Shown here one piece after another: positions 11,632 through 23,806 of a stretch of 64,000 bases of DNA; position 1 is the first letter of the stretch, and every line of letters starts with the position of its first letter. Source of the DNA: Felis catus (Eukaryota); NCBI RefSeq assembly GCF_018350175.1, contig NC_058368.1:80292001-80356000 (forward strand), written 5' to 3'. Under the pieces are notes generated by a model. It searched no databases. It saw only the letters and a program-made list of their open reading frames with translations, and was not told where the DNA came from. The position numbers were made by a program, and so were the translations under genes.

Positions 11632-14600
11632 CTGCAGAGGAAGAAGGTTCTGGCTGAGTGGACTCCCTCAGCTCATGGCGTGAGGGGGCGACGCAGGGCT
11701 CACTGCCACCCCACTGCTTCCACGGGCCTGGACCTGCTCCTGCATCCGTCCCCAGCTGCAGCATCCCCTCCCCAGTACATATTCCCGTGGGTCCCTCGTG
11801 TCACTAGGGCAGGGGGAGGGGTGGTCCTCTGCTCACGAGCGCCATCGGCCCAGCGGGTCTGGCTCGGACCATTCTGTGTGTGCGTGCCCCCCGGCCGTGG
11901 TGGCTCACCTTAATGCTGATGCCGTGGGCGGTGAGGTCCTGGCGCAGAGCGTCACACGCCTCCAGCAGGGGCTGCCTGTCCAGCCGCTGCTGCCGCTGGG
12001 CCTCCCCGGTGGCCTTTCCGCTGGCCAGCGCGAACTGCCGGACCTTGAGCCGGAACCGGACCAGCTCCTCCACCACGCTGTGGAGAGCGGCCTGGCTGCC
12101 ATCGCCTGGAACAAACTATACCCAGGGGAACACCGTGGTTAGTGAGGCCGGGAAGCGGCTGTGCCTGGGGTGGGGGGCGCAGCACGTCCTCCCTGGGCTG
12201 GGCCCTTGGCCCCTCTCCACACTCCTGGCCTGCACGCCTGGGTCACCAGGCAGAGCTCCCCATTGCCACCCACGTCCTTGGGAGGGAGGGGTCCCCGGGA
12301 GGCCAGGCGGCTGGGCCAGGAGCTGCGAGTGCACAGACGTGATTACCAAGAGTCGGAAAGTCCACGCCATACCGACTAATGGAACCGAATCTGTTCCCTC
12401 TAACCAGATACTCAAAACTGCATAGACCTCGCACGTGGTTCGCACACTGGCCAACACTCCCCGCGCCCAGGGGAGAAATTTCAGCAGATCGCATGCATCT
12501 GAAGCTGCCAGAAGTTGTCTCCCCCGACACAGCTTCTTCCTTATGGGAGGGGATCCTAGCAGCTGTTCACATGTGTGAATTACACATTTCACGACTCTGG
12601 GGTCAAGCTTCTGGAACCTATACTATCTTCAGTTACTGCTTCTGCAGTAAAAGACGATTTTCCGACTACAAAAACGTGAGCCTCAAGTGGGAGCCGGTAT
12701 CCGCTGCCGAGGCAGGGAAGGTGAGGGAGCACTTTCTGATGAGGGCTGGGCCAGGCAGGCCTCTTCTTACTCAACAGCACAATCTGGGAAGAGAGATCCC
12801 AGCACGCGTGTGACGGTCACACCTGTCTGCAGCCCTGACCTTTCCCCTCCTTCCCTAGTCTTGCAGTCCTGAAGCCATCAGGCAGGACAGCGTGGGGAGG
12901 GTGCCGTGGAGGTGGGGCCCTGGAGGGGGTGTGTGCAGAAGGCTGCCTGAGGAGGAGGCTGGGGGGGGGGGGCGGGGGAGGGGGGCAGGAGACACCGAGG
13001 GGCTCGGCAGGCAGCTTACTCTCAGAAGGCTCAGGAAAAACGTCCTCTGTGCAACTACCTGCGTTTTGAGTCTTACAAAGTCAACACCACACAGGAGCAC
13101 GCGTGCAGAAGTGACAGCAGGCAGTCTGCAGCCAATGGGCTGCTCGTTCCGCGTGGGCTCCTGGCGGCTTCCGGAAGGAAGATACTAGCTCTAAGCCTCT
13201 TCTCTTTTTAAAGAACGTGTTTTAAGCACGTAAATAAATTCAACACAATTATCCACTGAAATGAACATTTTAAAAGGGGAAAAGTCAGTGGTTCCTGCAC
13301 ATAGTCCTAATCCTACAAGTGAGGCCTGAAAAGAGAAAGGTGTACCTGTCTGTCCGCCAGAGAGATCCCGACGGTCTCGAAGAAGTGTTCGATGTAGGAC
13401 ACGATGGAGCCAAACACGGCAGGACTCCTGGGACCACTGGGCTCCTGGGGCAGATCACCCAAAAGGGGCGCTTTCAAAGCACAGGAAGTGACATGGAACA
13501 GAGACCTGGAAGGTCCCCGCCGGTCCCGGCTTTAGGTCCTCGTGCCGGGAGGACATTCTAGACTCAGTCCTAGAGCTGCCCCTCACCAGCCCACCGCACG
13601 ACGGGGAAGCCACGTCACCCCTGCACCTCAGTCTACCCGTCTGTAACACAGGGATCTGGTAGGTCTGAATGCTTGTGTCCCCCAAAGTTGGATGTTGAAA
13701 CCTAATCCCCGGTGTGATGCTCTCAGCAGGTGGGTCCTTGAGGGGTCACTGGCTCATGGGGACAGAGCCTCACCAAGGGGATTACTGCCAAGGCCCAAAG
13801 ATGGGCCGGGTGGGGTAGGCACAGTTGGGGTCCCAACACACAGCCTCCCCCAATGTCCTAGTTCACATCCCATCAAACTCGGGTTTCCCCGAGTTCCCCT
13901 GAGCAAACGGGGGGATCAGGAGGTACTTCTGTATCGGCAAACACGTGATGCTGCCTGTCCGTGTGTGCGACCTCCCTGCTCTGGGAGGGCGGGTCCCGTG
14001 CAGGACAGGGCAGCTCCCGGAAGTCAGGGGAGGCCTGGGGGCCACTCCAGGAGGCGGCAGGGTGGCATCCCTGCCTTCCCGCCGAGGGAAAGAGCCACGG
14101 TCGTGTGCTTGGGGCTACCTTAGTGCGTGCCTGCAGCTGTCCATTCCCGCGGTGGATGAGGTCCATGACTGCATCCACCGCCGCAGGTGTGTCAAAGTCG
14201 TCTGCCAGCGCAGCCTTCACAGCCTCCCTGGTGTGGCGGAGCCTTGGAGAGACACGGGTGCTCCTCAGCACCCCCGCCCTGCCCAGCACAGGGCCCTCCC
14301 CACTGCAGACGCCCCTCCTGAGAACGGGGTAAGACTAGCCCAGAATCGTCATGTTACCCCAGAATTCAGAGGGAGAAAGCCCCTAAAACCCAGGTTTGAA
14401 CACCCCTGTGCGTGTGGGCAGCTCGTAAGGGTTTAGGAACGCGGTGGTAGGAAAGGCAGTGTTCCCGAGAGGCCAGGCCGCATTCGGCCCGCATTACACA
14501 GCAGTGGCCTGGGCATCTTGGAGGGAAGGACAGCACGAGGTCAACCCCCCTGCCCAGGAGCCTGCAGGCAGGGCACCTGGTCCCACGGTGAGAGCCTGGC

Positions 14601-17600
14601 CTCCCTCAGAGGGAGGGCAGCCTCAGGCCCCGACAGGCCACCTCAGGGTCACGCAGTCCCAGCAGGCCACAGCAGCTTGTGCCCTGCCCCCACCCCGTGA
14701 GCCACACCGGTCTGTGGGCAGCTGGTCAGAACGTCTGGGATCCAATGGCCCCTAGGGCCTGCCCCCACCTCCCCCAGGCTCTGAGTGTGTCCTGCTCCCC
14801 ACACCTGGCTGCAGCCTCTCCACCTCCGTCCCTCTGCTGTGACAGCCCTGCCAGCCAGTGCAGTCTCCGTGACAGTCCACCTCCTTCCCGCCCCCCCCCC
14901 CCCAGCCATGGCAAGGACGTGCAGGTGCCCCTTGGCCCTCCCCTCTCCTGCACGCCTACTGCCTCACACACTGAAGCTTTGTCTGTAAGACGGGCTCCCT
15001 GTTGTCCACCATTACTGGACATCCCCCCACTTCCTGCGAACTCCCCGATTTCCAAGCAGGTGGAGCCCCAGGACCCTTTCCGGCATCGTAAGCAGCCCTG
15101 AACTGGGGCGGCAAAGCCCCTGGACACTCGCCCCTCTGGTGGGCCTGCGGCCCTGGATGGTGGGGCAGTGGCTGCTCTCCAGCCTGGCCTGAGTGACAGG
15201 AAGCGAGGAACAGGCCACAATCAGGGCTCTCTGTCACAAAGCAGAACCCGGCCTCCAGAGTGCCGAATGGCCTCTACCCCCTCCCTCCACCAGGCCCAGT
15301 AGTGAGGAGCGCCCAAGGCAAAGAGGGTGTCCACCTGTCCCTTGTACCCGCCATCTAGACGGCTGCCGAGTCTTGCTGATGGCGCCCCCCCCCCCCCCCG
15401 GCCTGTCCCAGTGCTCCAGGCTTTGCTGCTTTTTCTCCTAACCAGACAAGCACTTCCCCAGTTTCCTGGGTCTTTCCAGCTCCTTTCCATCTCTGATGTC
15501 AATCCCTGGTCTTGTGAACACATCTAACCACTTAACGAAGCAGCAAAACCAGGCGATTTCCACGTGGAGGGTCGGGGGTCCCCCCATGTCTCCTGCTTAA
15601 TACTTACCTCGGCTGTCCTGTGATCACAGACACCCGCGTGCAACAGCAGGGGGCGGGGGACACGCACTCATGCAGACCGGCAGGTCGACTCCCGATCAGG
15701 TCTGAGCTCAGCCACCGAGGCCACCCCCCTCCACTCGGCCTCGCACCCACCAGCCCTACCGAACCACGGAGCGAGGCGCCTGGAACCCCTGTGCGTCACT
15801 CACCAGCACACCAGTGAGCGCCCCGTCCGGGCACAGGTGTCACCCACCCCTGCACAGCCGCCCCGAGGGCGTCCTCGTCCCTCCCCAGCAGGACCACCAC
15901 TCGCCCGAGGCGCCTGCCGCATCAGCCCCCAGAAGCCTCTGCCCTCTCGGCAGCCCCACATTGAGCACCCAGGACCCTGGGGCGGATGGGGGGCACCTAC
16001 CTCTCCCACAGCAGGCCTTCCCCGACGGGGCCGCACACCAGCTGCCCCTTCATGTAGGCCCGGGCGTCCTCGATGAACGCGGCTGCCGCCAGAAGGAGGT
16101 GCTTGGCCTCCAGCATGGTGCCGTCACTATAGTCCACGGCTGCGGAGGGGACACGTGCGGTCACCTGGGGAGCCACTGCACTTTGCAGCCAGAAGTGAAG
16201 CAGCAGATGCGGATACCGCCGCCCCCCTGGGACCACGAGGGTCCGCCCCACCCCGGGCCTCCCCACCTTGGAAGACATGGAGAACCACCCCCAGTACGCC
16301 TGGCCGAGGGGTTCATTCCTGTGGACAGGAGATCCTGGGCCCCGAACCACTGCTTGGGGGATCAGTCGGCGGTGGGGACACAGGGCTTGTATTTCAGGAC
16401 AGGCCCTCAAACTCAGCGTTTTACAGTGAGAACGCACTCTCCACCTGGGAGGGGGTCACTGGGGCACCCCATCCAACCCACACAGAGCAGAGCAGGGGCT
16501 GACTGGAGAACCCACAGCCTCCAAGACACAAGCTTCTAGAATCTTCTGGCTGAGCGCTGGGCTTGCACTCAGAACCCAAACCCACAGGCACAAGGGCAGC
16601 CACACTGACAAGGCTGTGCTTCCTCTCCAGCCTGAGTGTGGGTCCTTCAAGCCACTGGGTTCGGCCCCCAGCCGCGGCCTCACCTGACCTGTAGCTGCTT
16701 CGCATGCAGAAGAGCCGGAAGACGTCGGGGGAGAACGTCTTCAGGAAGTCCTGGCAGAGAAATCAGGGAGAACCCGGATATTATAACGTGCGCTATGTCC
16801 TTGTGAGCCGACCCCACTTACCAAGGTGTCGGAGTTTTTATGGACAGCTTGGTTTTGTTTCCACCCTATTTGCATGTTCCCTACATGTTTCCCTTCAGAC
16901 TGCGTCTGCGGGGAAGGCCCCCTGCTCTGCGCTGACGCAGGGGGTCCACACCGATGTTGACCTTGGGAGCCCCTTGCCATGACACGGTCCCGAGAGGATG
17001 GGCACAGCTCCAGGCCCCATGATGGCAGGGGTCCCAGGAGCGGAAGCTGCCTGGGACATCAAAACAGGCCAGGACCAGGGTCAGACCGAGGGCAGAGACC
17101 AACTCACCCTCCCACAGGCTGTTCCCTGACGCAATGCAGCGAGGCGGGCACCCAGCTCGTGTTCTCAGAGGATACTCTGCCCCTGGTTAAACTGAGGAAA
17201 ACTAACAACCTGTCATTTAAATTCTTTTTAATTTTTTCTTAATGTTCATTTACTTTTGAGAGAGTGCAGGAGCAGGGGAGGGGCAGAGAGAGAGGGAGAC
17301 ACAGAATCCAAAGCAGGTTCCAGGCTCCCAGCTGTCAGCACAGAACCCAACGCGAGGCTCGAACTCATGAACTGTGAGATCATGACCTGAGCCAAAGTCA
17401 GATGCTTAACTCACCGAACCACCCAGATGACCCAAGAACCTGTTGTAGAAGTTGTTAAAACAACCCCAAACCCTGTCTGTGGTGGCCGGTGAGAGGCACT
17501 CGGCGACCTCACAAGGCAGGGATGCAAAGACAGGCCACTGGGCACCGCTTGGCCTGCCTGGGACACTCATACCCAGCCCACGGGGGCCCACACCGATGAC

Positions 17601-20600
17601 CAGCAGTGGCCCCGAGGACAGGCCGGCTCCAACGGGACCCTCTGACAACGTGGGGTTTGGGTCAAATGTCCCTGCATCGTGGACTCTGCATGAGCAAAAG
17701 GAGACTCTCTCAGCCCTTCTCCCGCTCCACATCTAGCAGTGGCTTCTGGCCTTCCCTTGGCCATAGGGACCCGCATGTCACAGCTGGGGGGGATGCGGTG
17801 GCCGGGACCCTGCACGAGGACCGGTGGGCAGCTCCCTGGAGGCAGTGGCAGAGCCTGTCCCCTGGGTTAACATGACCACTGGCCTCCTGGGGCCCGCATG
17901 GCAATAACAGGACGCGGCCTTGTGGTGGCTGGGGATGGGGGGTGGATGTAGCCCCTTATATGCTGAGTACTTGCTACACTGCCAATGGCAGAACCTACTG
18001 GAAGGCTCCCACGACTTCATCACAAACTGCTAAGCTGCACTGCGTCACAACAGCGTCTGCCCCACCACGGTGACAAAGACATGAGGCACGGAGAGCTGAC
18101 AAGCGGCCCACATGACACCAGATCCCCGCTCTGCTGCGGGCTCCAAGTTGCGCCCCACTTAGGTCTTACTTCTGGGTCCCTTCCCCACTGCGGTCTGTGA
18201 GGCTGTGTGAGCGGGGCGGCTGAGGCACAGGCCCCTGGTGTCACAGCTCCCGTGTGCGGCCCTGGTGGACCCAAGTGCCCGTCTGGATCTGCGCCTGCAG
18301 AGCGGGGGCCAGGGGGGCGGGCTTCCCGCGCGGGGTCCCCTCAGCTTGGGGCCATTTCTTGAGAATTCCTTCCCAAAAGCACAGGCTCCACGGCTCTACA
18401 GCCGGGTGTGAGCTGCTTCCTTGCTAGCTGGCGTCAGGGGACCCGCGCCGCCCACCCCCCGCCTTCACTTCAGTTCCTTGTTGTTGCTACTGCTGCTTGT
18501 GTTCTCTTCCCAAGATGTTGCCAGATGTCGGGTGTGTGCAGTGGGAGTCGTGGGGAGTGGTCTGCAGCAGAGCAAAGCGGTGCATCTCCTGGGTCCCAAT
18601 ACGGCCGCACCCAGAACGCACCTGTTCTGCACACGTCTGTGTTTTCTGTGAACTGGGTACCTTTCCTTCCCTGCTGACTTTATGCTTGTATTTGTGCATT
18701 TAGTGAAAACATTTAAAGACTCTGTGGTAATACAGCCATTTTATGTCTGATGAAGCTCTCTGACGTCTCTAAACAAAGACAGCCTCCCTTCCATTTTCGT
18801 ATATTTCTGGGTAGCTATGTTCTCTATTTCACTCCAAAAAGGGTTTTAAGATGTTAGGATGGTAGGATTTTATTTTTATTTTACTTTACTATTTACTTAT
18901 ATTAGAGAGAGAGAACATGAGCAGGGGAGGGAGCAGAGGAAGAGAGTCTTAAACGGGCTCCATGCTGAGCAGGGCTCAATCCCCCAGCCCTGGGATCATG
19001 ACCTGAGCCAAAATCAAGAGTCAGACACTCCACCAACTGAGCCACCCAGGTGCCCCTACGATTTTATTTTAAAGGGGTTTTCCTCCCATTCAGAATTTTT
19101 ACCCCCTTAGGGGGGTGGCGCCTGTAGAGTATAGTACTTTGAGTAGAAATCTGTAGTCTTTCTACAGCATTCAGTCTCTGGGACTAATTCCTGGTAATAA
19201 CAGAAGGAAAAGGCAACCACATCCAACTACCAAGCAAGGGAAACCATCAACAAAACAGAAAGGCAGCCCACGGAATGGGAGAAAACATTTGCAAACTGTG
19301 TATCTGATAAAGAGGTGAGTATCCAAAATCTATGAAGAGCAAAAGACAACCTGATTCAAAAATGGGCAAAAGACATGAATAGACACTTCTCCAGAGAAGA
19401 CATCCAGATGGCCGACACCTGAAAAGATGCTCATCACTCATCATCGGGGAAATGCAAATCAAAACCACTATGAGACACCACCTCACACCTGTCAGAGTGG
19501 CTAAAATCAACAACACAAGAAACGATAGGTGTTGGCGAGGACGTGGAGAAGAAATAGGAACCCTCGTGTACCGTTGGTGGGAACACAGACTGGTGCAGCC
19601 ACTGAAGACACTGAGAACCACCAAATAATACAATTTAAAGGGTGAATCCTGGGGTGGCTCAGTCAGTTGAGTGTCTGACTCTTGGTTTCAGCTCAGGGCA
19701 TGATCTCATGGTTTGTGAGTTCAAGCCCCATGTTGTGCTCTGTGCTGACAGTACAGAGCCTGCTTGGGATGTTCTCTCTACCTCTCTGTCCTTCTTCCCC
19801 CGTGTGTGCTCTCTTTCTCTAAAATAAATAAAATGAAAAAAAAATGTGAATCCTCTGATGTGTGAATTACATCTCAATAAAGCTGTTCTTAAAAACAAGA
19901 ATTGCAAGGAAACTTTAACTTCACTCAGTGGTTTTACCATTAATATGACTATTGGTATTAACATTTTAAATATGTCAATTTTAAGAGAAAGCATGAAGTT
20001 GATGTGCTGTTGTAAGGAAACAAGATTTTTCATAAAGAGGGAAAAGAGCTAAAACCAGAAAGTCCTATAGCATTGGACTGGATAGTTCACAATGAACTCC
20101 AGGGACCAACTACATGCACATGGGTTCATCTCCACCAGCTCTGTCCCCTGAAGAGGCCTGGAAACAATGTCACTCTTGCGGTAGACACACCGAGCATCCA
20201 GATCTTGGTTCGAGATTCCATCTTCCCGCAAAGGCAGCGAGCTCCTTGGGGGGAGTGGCAGCACTGCGGCAGGACGCAACGGGAAACAGGGCCAAAAGCC
20301 AGGATGCGCGGGGCATTTCCCCCGGAAGAAGGAGCCTCCTCCCCACCCCTCCCCCCTGCCCAGGCCAGAGCTGGAATAATTTCAGCACAAAAAGAATGAA
20401 GACTGAATTGATAATACACAGAGTGAAAATAAAAGCTTAATTCCTAGTGGTACCAAAAAAAGAACAGACAAGCCCCTGTCTCTGAAAAGGACTGCCAGCC
20501 AGGGAGTGTGACGGGGACAACAGCACAAGATAGCGTGCTCTGCAGGGACCAGAGACATGCATGATGGGGCGAAGCCACCAGAGCATGAGAAAACCACAGA

Positions 20601-23600
20601 CTGGAGGTGGTCTGGGAAGAGGACGCCCCATGCAGACCACCTCGCCAGTTCTCCATGCTCATGAAAGAGAACCTCTCTGTCAGAGGGTCGCCTGGGGGGC
20701 TCAGTCAGTGAAGCGTCCGACTTCGGCTCAGGTCATGATCTCACAGTCTGTGAATATGAGCCCCATGTCAGGCTCTGTGCTGACAGCTCGGAGCCTGGAG
20801 CCTGCTTCTGATTCTGTGTTGCCCTCTCTCTCTGCCCCTCCCCTGTTCTCTTTCTCTCAAAATAAATAAACTTTAAAAAAGAAAGAAAAAAGGCACCTGG
20901 GTGGCTCAGTCAGTTAAGCATCCAACTTCAGCTCAGGTCATGATCTCACAATCTGTGAGTTCGAGCCCCGCATCAGGCTCTGTGCTGACAGCTCAGAGCC
21001 CAGAGCCTGCTTCGGATTCTGTGTCTCCCTCTCTCTCTGCCCCTCCCCTGCTCATGCTCTGTCTCTCTCGGTCTCAAAAATAAACAAAAACATTTTTTTA
21101 AAAATTTAAAAAATACTAAAAAAATAAAGAAAAAAGAATTTCCACTGGTGGCCATCCCTTACCCGAGCAGTCAAGCCCAGCGTCACCAGCAGGACAGCCT
21201 GACGCTGTGGCCCCGGAGGGATGCTGCGTGAAGCCCACAGCACCACGGAGGAAGTTTCCCACCAGAAAGATTGAACCTGAACCGAATCAGGCCTGAGGCC
21301 TCGCTTCCAGTTACGAGGAAAGACAGGAAACCACAGATATGCAAAGGACATATGTATGATACAGGACACCACAGACATGCAAAACGTGGGCCATTCACCA
21401 AAACTGGCCTCATCCCTTCAAAAAGGTCAACACCACAGGGAGAGGCTGTTGTCGATCAGAAGCCCAAACAACCCAGCCAACCAAACAACAGGAGGATATA
21501 ATTGCGTGTAAGGAGGGAGGAGCCCCGGTCACCCGCTACGGTGACATGTGAACGCGGTGCCCAGTGAAACAGCCACAACGGGATGAACGCTGTCTGCGCT
21601 GGCGCGAGGTCCACGGAACACCCCCATCGTGGGAACAGAAAGCGGATGCGGAATGCCGGGGCCGGGCCGGGCGGGGAGATGCTCAACGGGGAGGGTGTCG
21701 GTTGCGCACGATGAAGCGGCAGAGCCGTCCAGCCCGACAGCGAGGGCAGTCAGCACGACCGCGCTGTACCCGCAGACCGGTTACGACGGGAACTCGGTGC
21801 CGTGCCTTCCCACCACGGAGCATTTCCCCTGAGCAGCCTGGAAAGACACGGCCCGCAAACGCAGCACGCGAAGGTTCACCGGGTCTTGGCTCTAAGGGAC
21901 ACTGGACACGTGGAAAAGTCAGAACGCAGACTGGGGAACTGGTATTGAGAAGCCACTGCTGACGTGTCACTCTTGTCCTCGGGAGTGCGGGCAGGATGGG
22001 GAAGGGTCGTGACGTCTGCGGTGTTGAACGGTTCAACGACAGTGGTGATGAGACACACGTACACCATGCATATGTGCACACACGTGCACACACGCCCACC
22101 ACTCCCTTAGGTGCAGGAAAAATGATAACTCTTGAACCTGTGTGGTGAGCGTGTAAGTGTGTAACTTTTCTGCAGGAAAACGTGTCTAAGAGTGAATACT
22201 CCTGCTAAAGAGGAGTCGATAAAGACGCTTTTATGAGGAGCACCCCCGCTCTGGCTTCCAGCCTGCCCCGTCCACGGGGGGTGCGTTCTGAGGCCCCGTG
22301 GACGCCTGGACACGTGATAGCACCGAGCCCCGTGTTTACTGGTCTAACCTATACAAACACGCCTGTGACGACGTTTCCTTGTAACTGAGGCACAGCACGA
22401 GATCAACTACAGGACGGCTGTGGCAACTTACTGTGATGTAAGTGCCCGTGGCCTCTGTCTCTGTCGACATACCTTCTGGTCCTATTCTCGCCCCTCTTGT
22501 GAGGAAATAAGCATCCCCTGGGATGACAGGAGGGCAGTGGCACAGCGTGAGGCTGTCACTGCCTCTGGACACCGGTGAGTGAGACCGCAGATACAGGGCC
22601 GGCTCTATGTAACGTAACTCTGGTGGGGACAGCTCTCCGGGCCGGGTACTCAGGGGACAAAGGTCTGGTAACTGTCCTTGTCACTTCAGTATTTGCCATT
22701 ACAACCGTGTTTGGCTTCACGGCCCCAAAGACGAAGACCGAAGTGTTTGGAGTGCTCCCGTTGGCTCACTTGCTTTCCACTCGTGTGGACGCCCCCTCCC
22801 GCCCCTCTCCCCACGGCACAGTGATGCTTTTCTCAACAGGTGGCTTTCAAAGCCGGCAGGCAGTGAAGCCCCAAAGCCACAGGCCGGCAGGCTGGTGGTG
22901 GGACAGGAATAGGGGTAGGTGTGACTCGGGGTTGCGTGCGGGAAGGGGCTCAGGCAAGAAGGTGGCGTGAGTCCCAGCACGCAGGAGGAGCTAGGCAGCA
23001 TCCATGGGGAGGCCGCCCGGAGAGGGCAGGGGGACGCGGAGGGCACCGCCCCGAGAGGGCACCGGGTGTCAGAGTAGGGCCGCCTCCACCCGCAGACCGC
23101 ACGTTAAGCTGGGAGGTAGGAGAAACCTGTCGGGGCCACGGGACAAGGGCCTGGAGCACGGGGGTCAGAGACCTGAGGTGGCCCTTCCATACAGGCCAGC
23201 GGTGCAGGGTTACCTTAACAGTGATGTAGTTTTTCAGCGATTTGGACATTTTTTCTTCTTTGCCTTTCACGTGCAAATGCCCTGAAACAAAAAACGGTGA
23301 TTTGTGCCGAATCCGGTGGGAGGAGAAGAGGAGAGGGCTGGTTCTGTCGGAGCGCCAGGCACCACTTCCCGCAACGCTGCGCTGCATCCCCAGCAGGCAC
23401 ACGCCCGCATCTGTGTGGATAGTGTGCCCCCCAGACCCTCGCCCGTGCCCCACCCCCCTCCCCAGACCCTCGCCCACGCTCGGCCCCCCAGGAAAAGGGA
23501 ACCCACAGCCACGCCTGCTCGAGGTCGTCAGGTCTGCCCCGCCCTGTCCCTCAGATTCCTCACCCCAGGAAAGGACAGAGCCCGGGGCTCTGCAGACCCC

Positions 23601-23764
23601 GCGCCTGGCAATACGTGCCGGTTTTCGGAGGTTCCAAAGCGCGGGTCTCTGCGAATGATCCGATTGTGTGCTGCGGTGTGCTGGCACGGGCCTCTCAAGG
23701 GCCTGGGAGAGTGTGTGAGTGAGTGTGAGTGTGTGAGTGAGTGTGAGTGTGTGAGTGTGTGTGT

Positions 23765-23806
<42 letters not shown>

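Noticed and set aside
13442..13447. NAGNAG (CAG GAG) acceptor at CARS2 exon 13
   Set aside because: A distal GAG is rarely used and the effect would be loss of one Glu.
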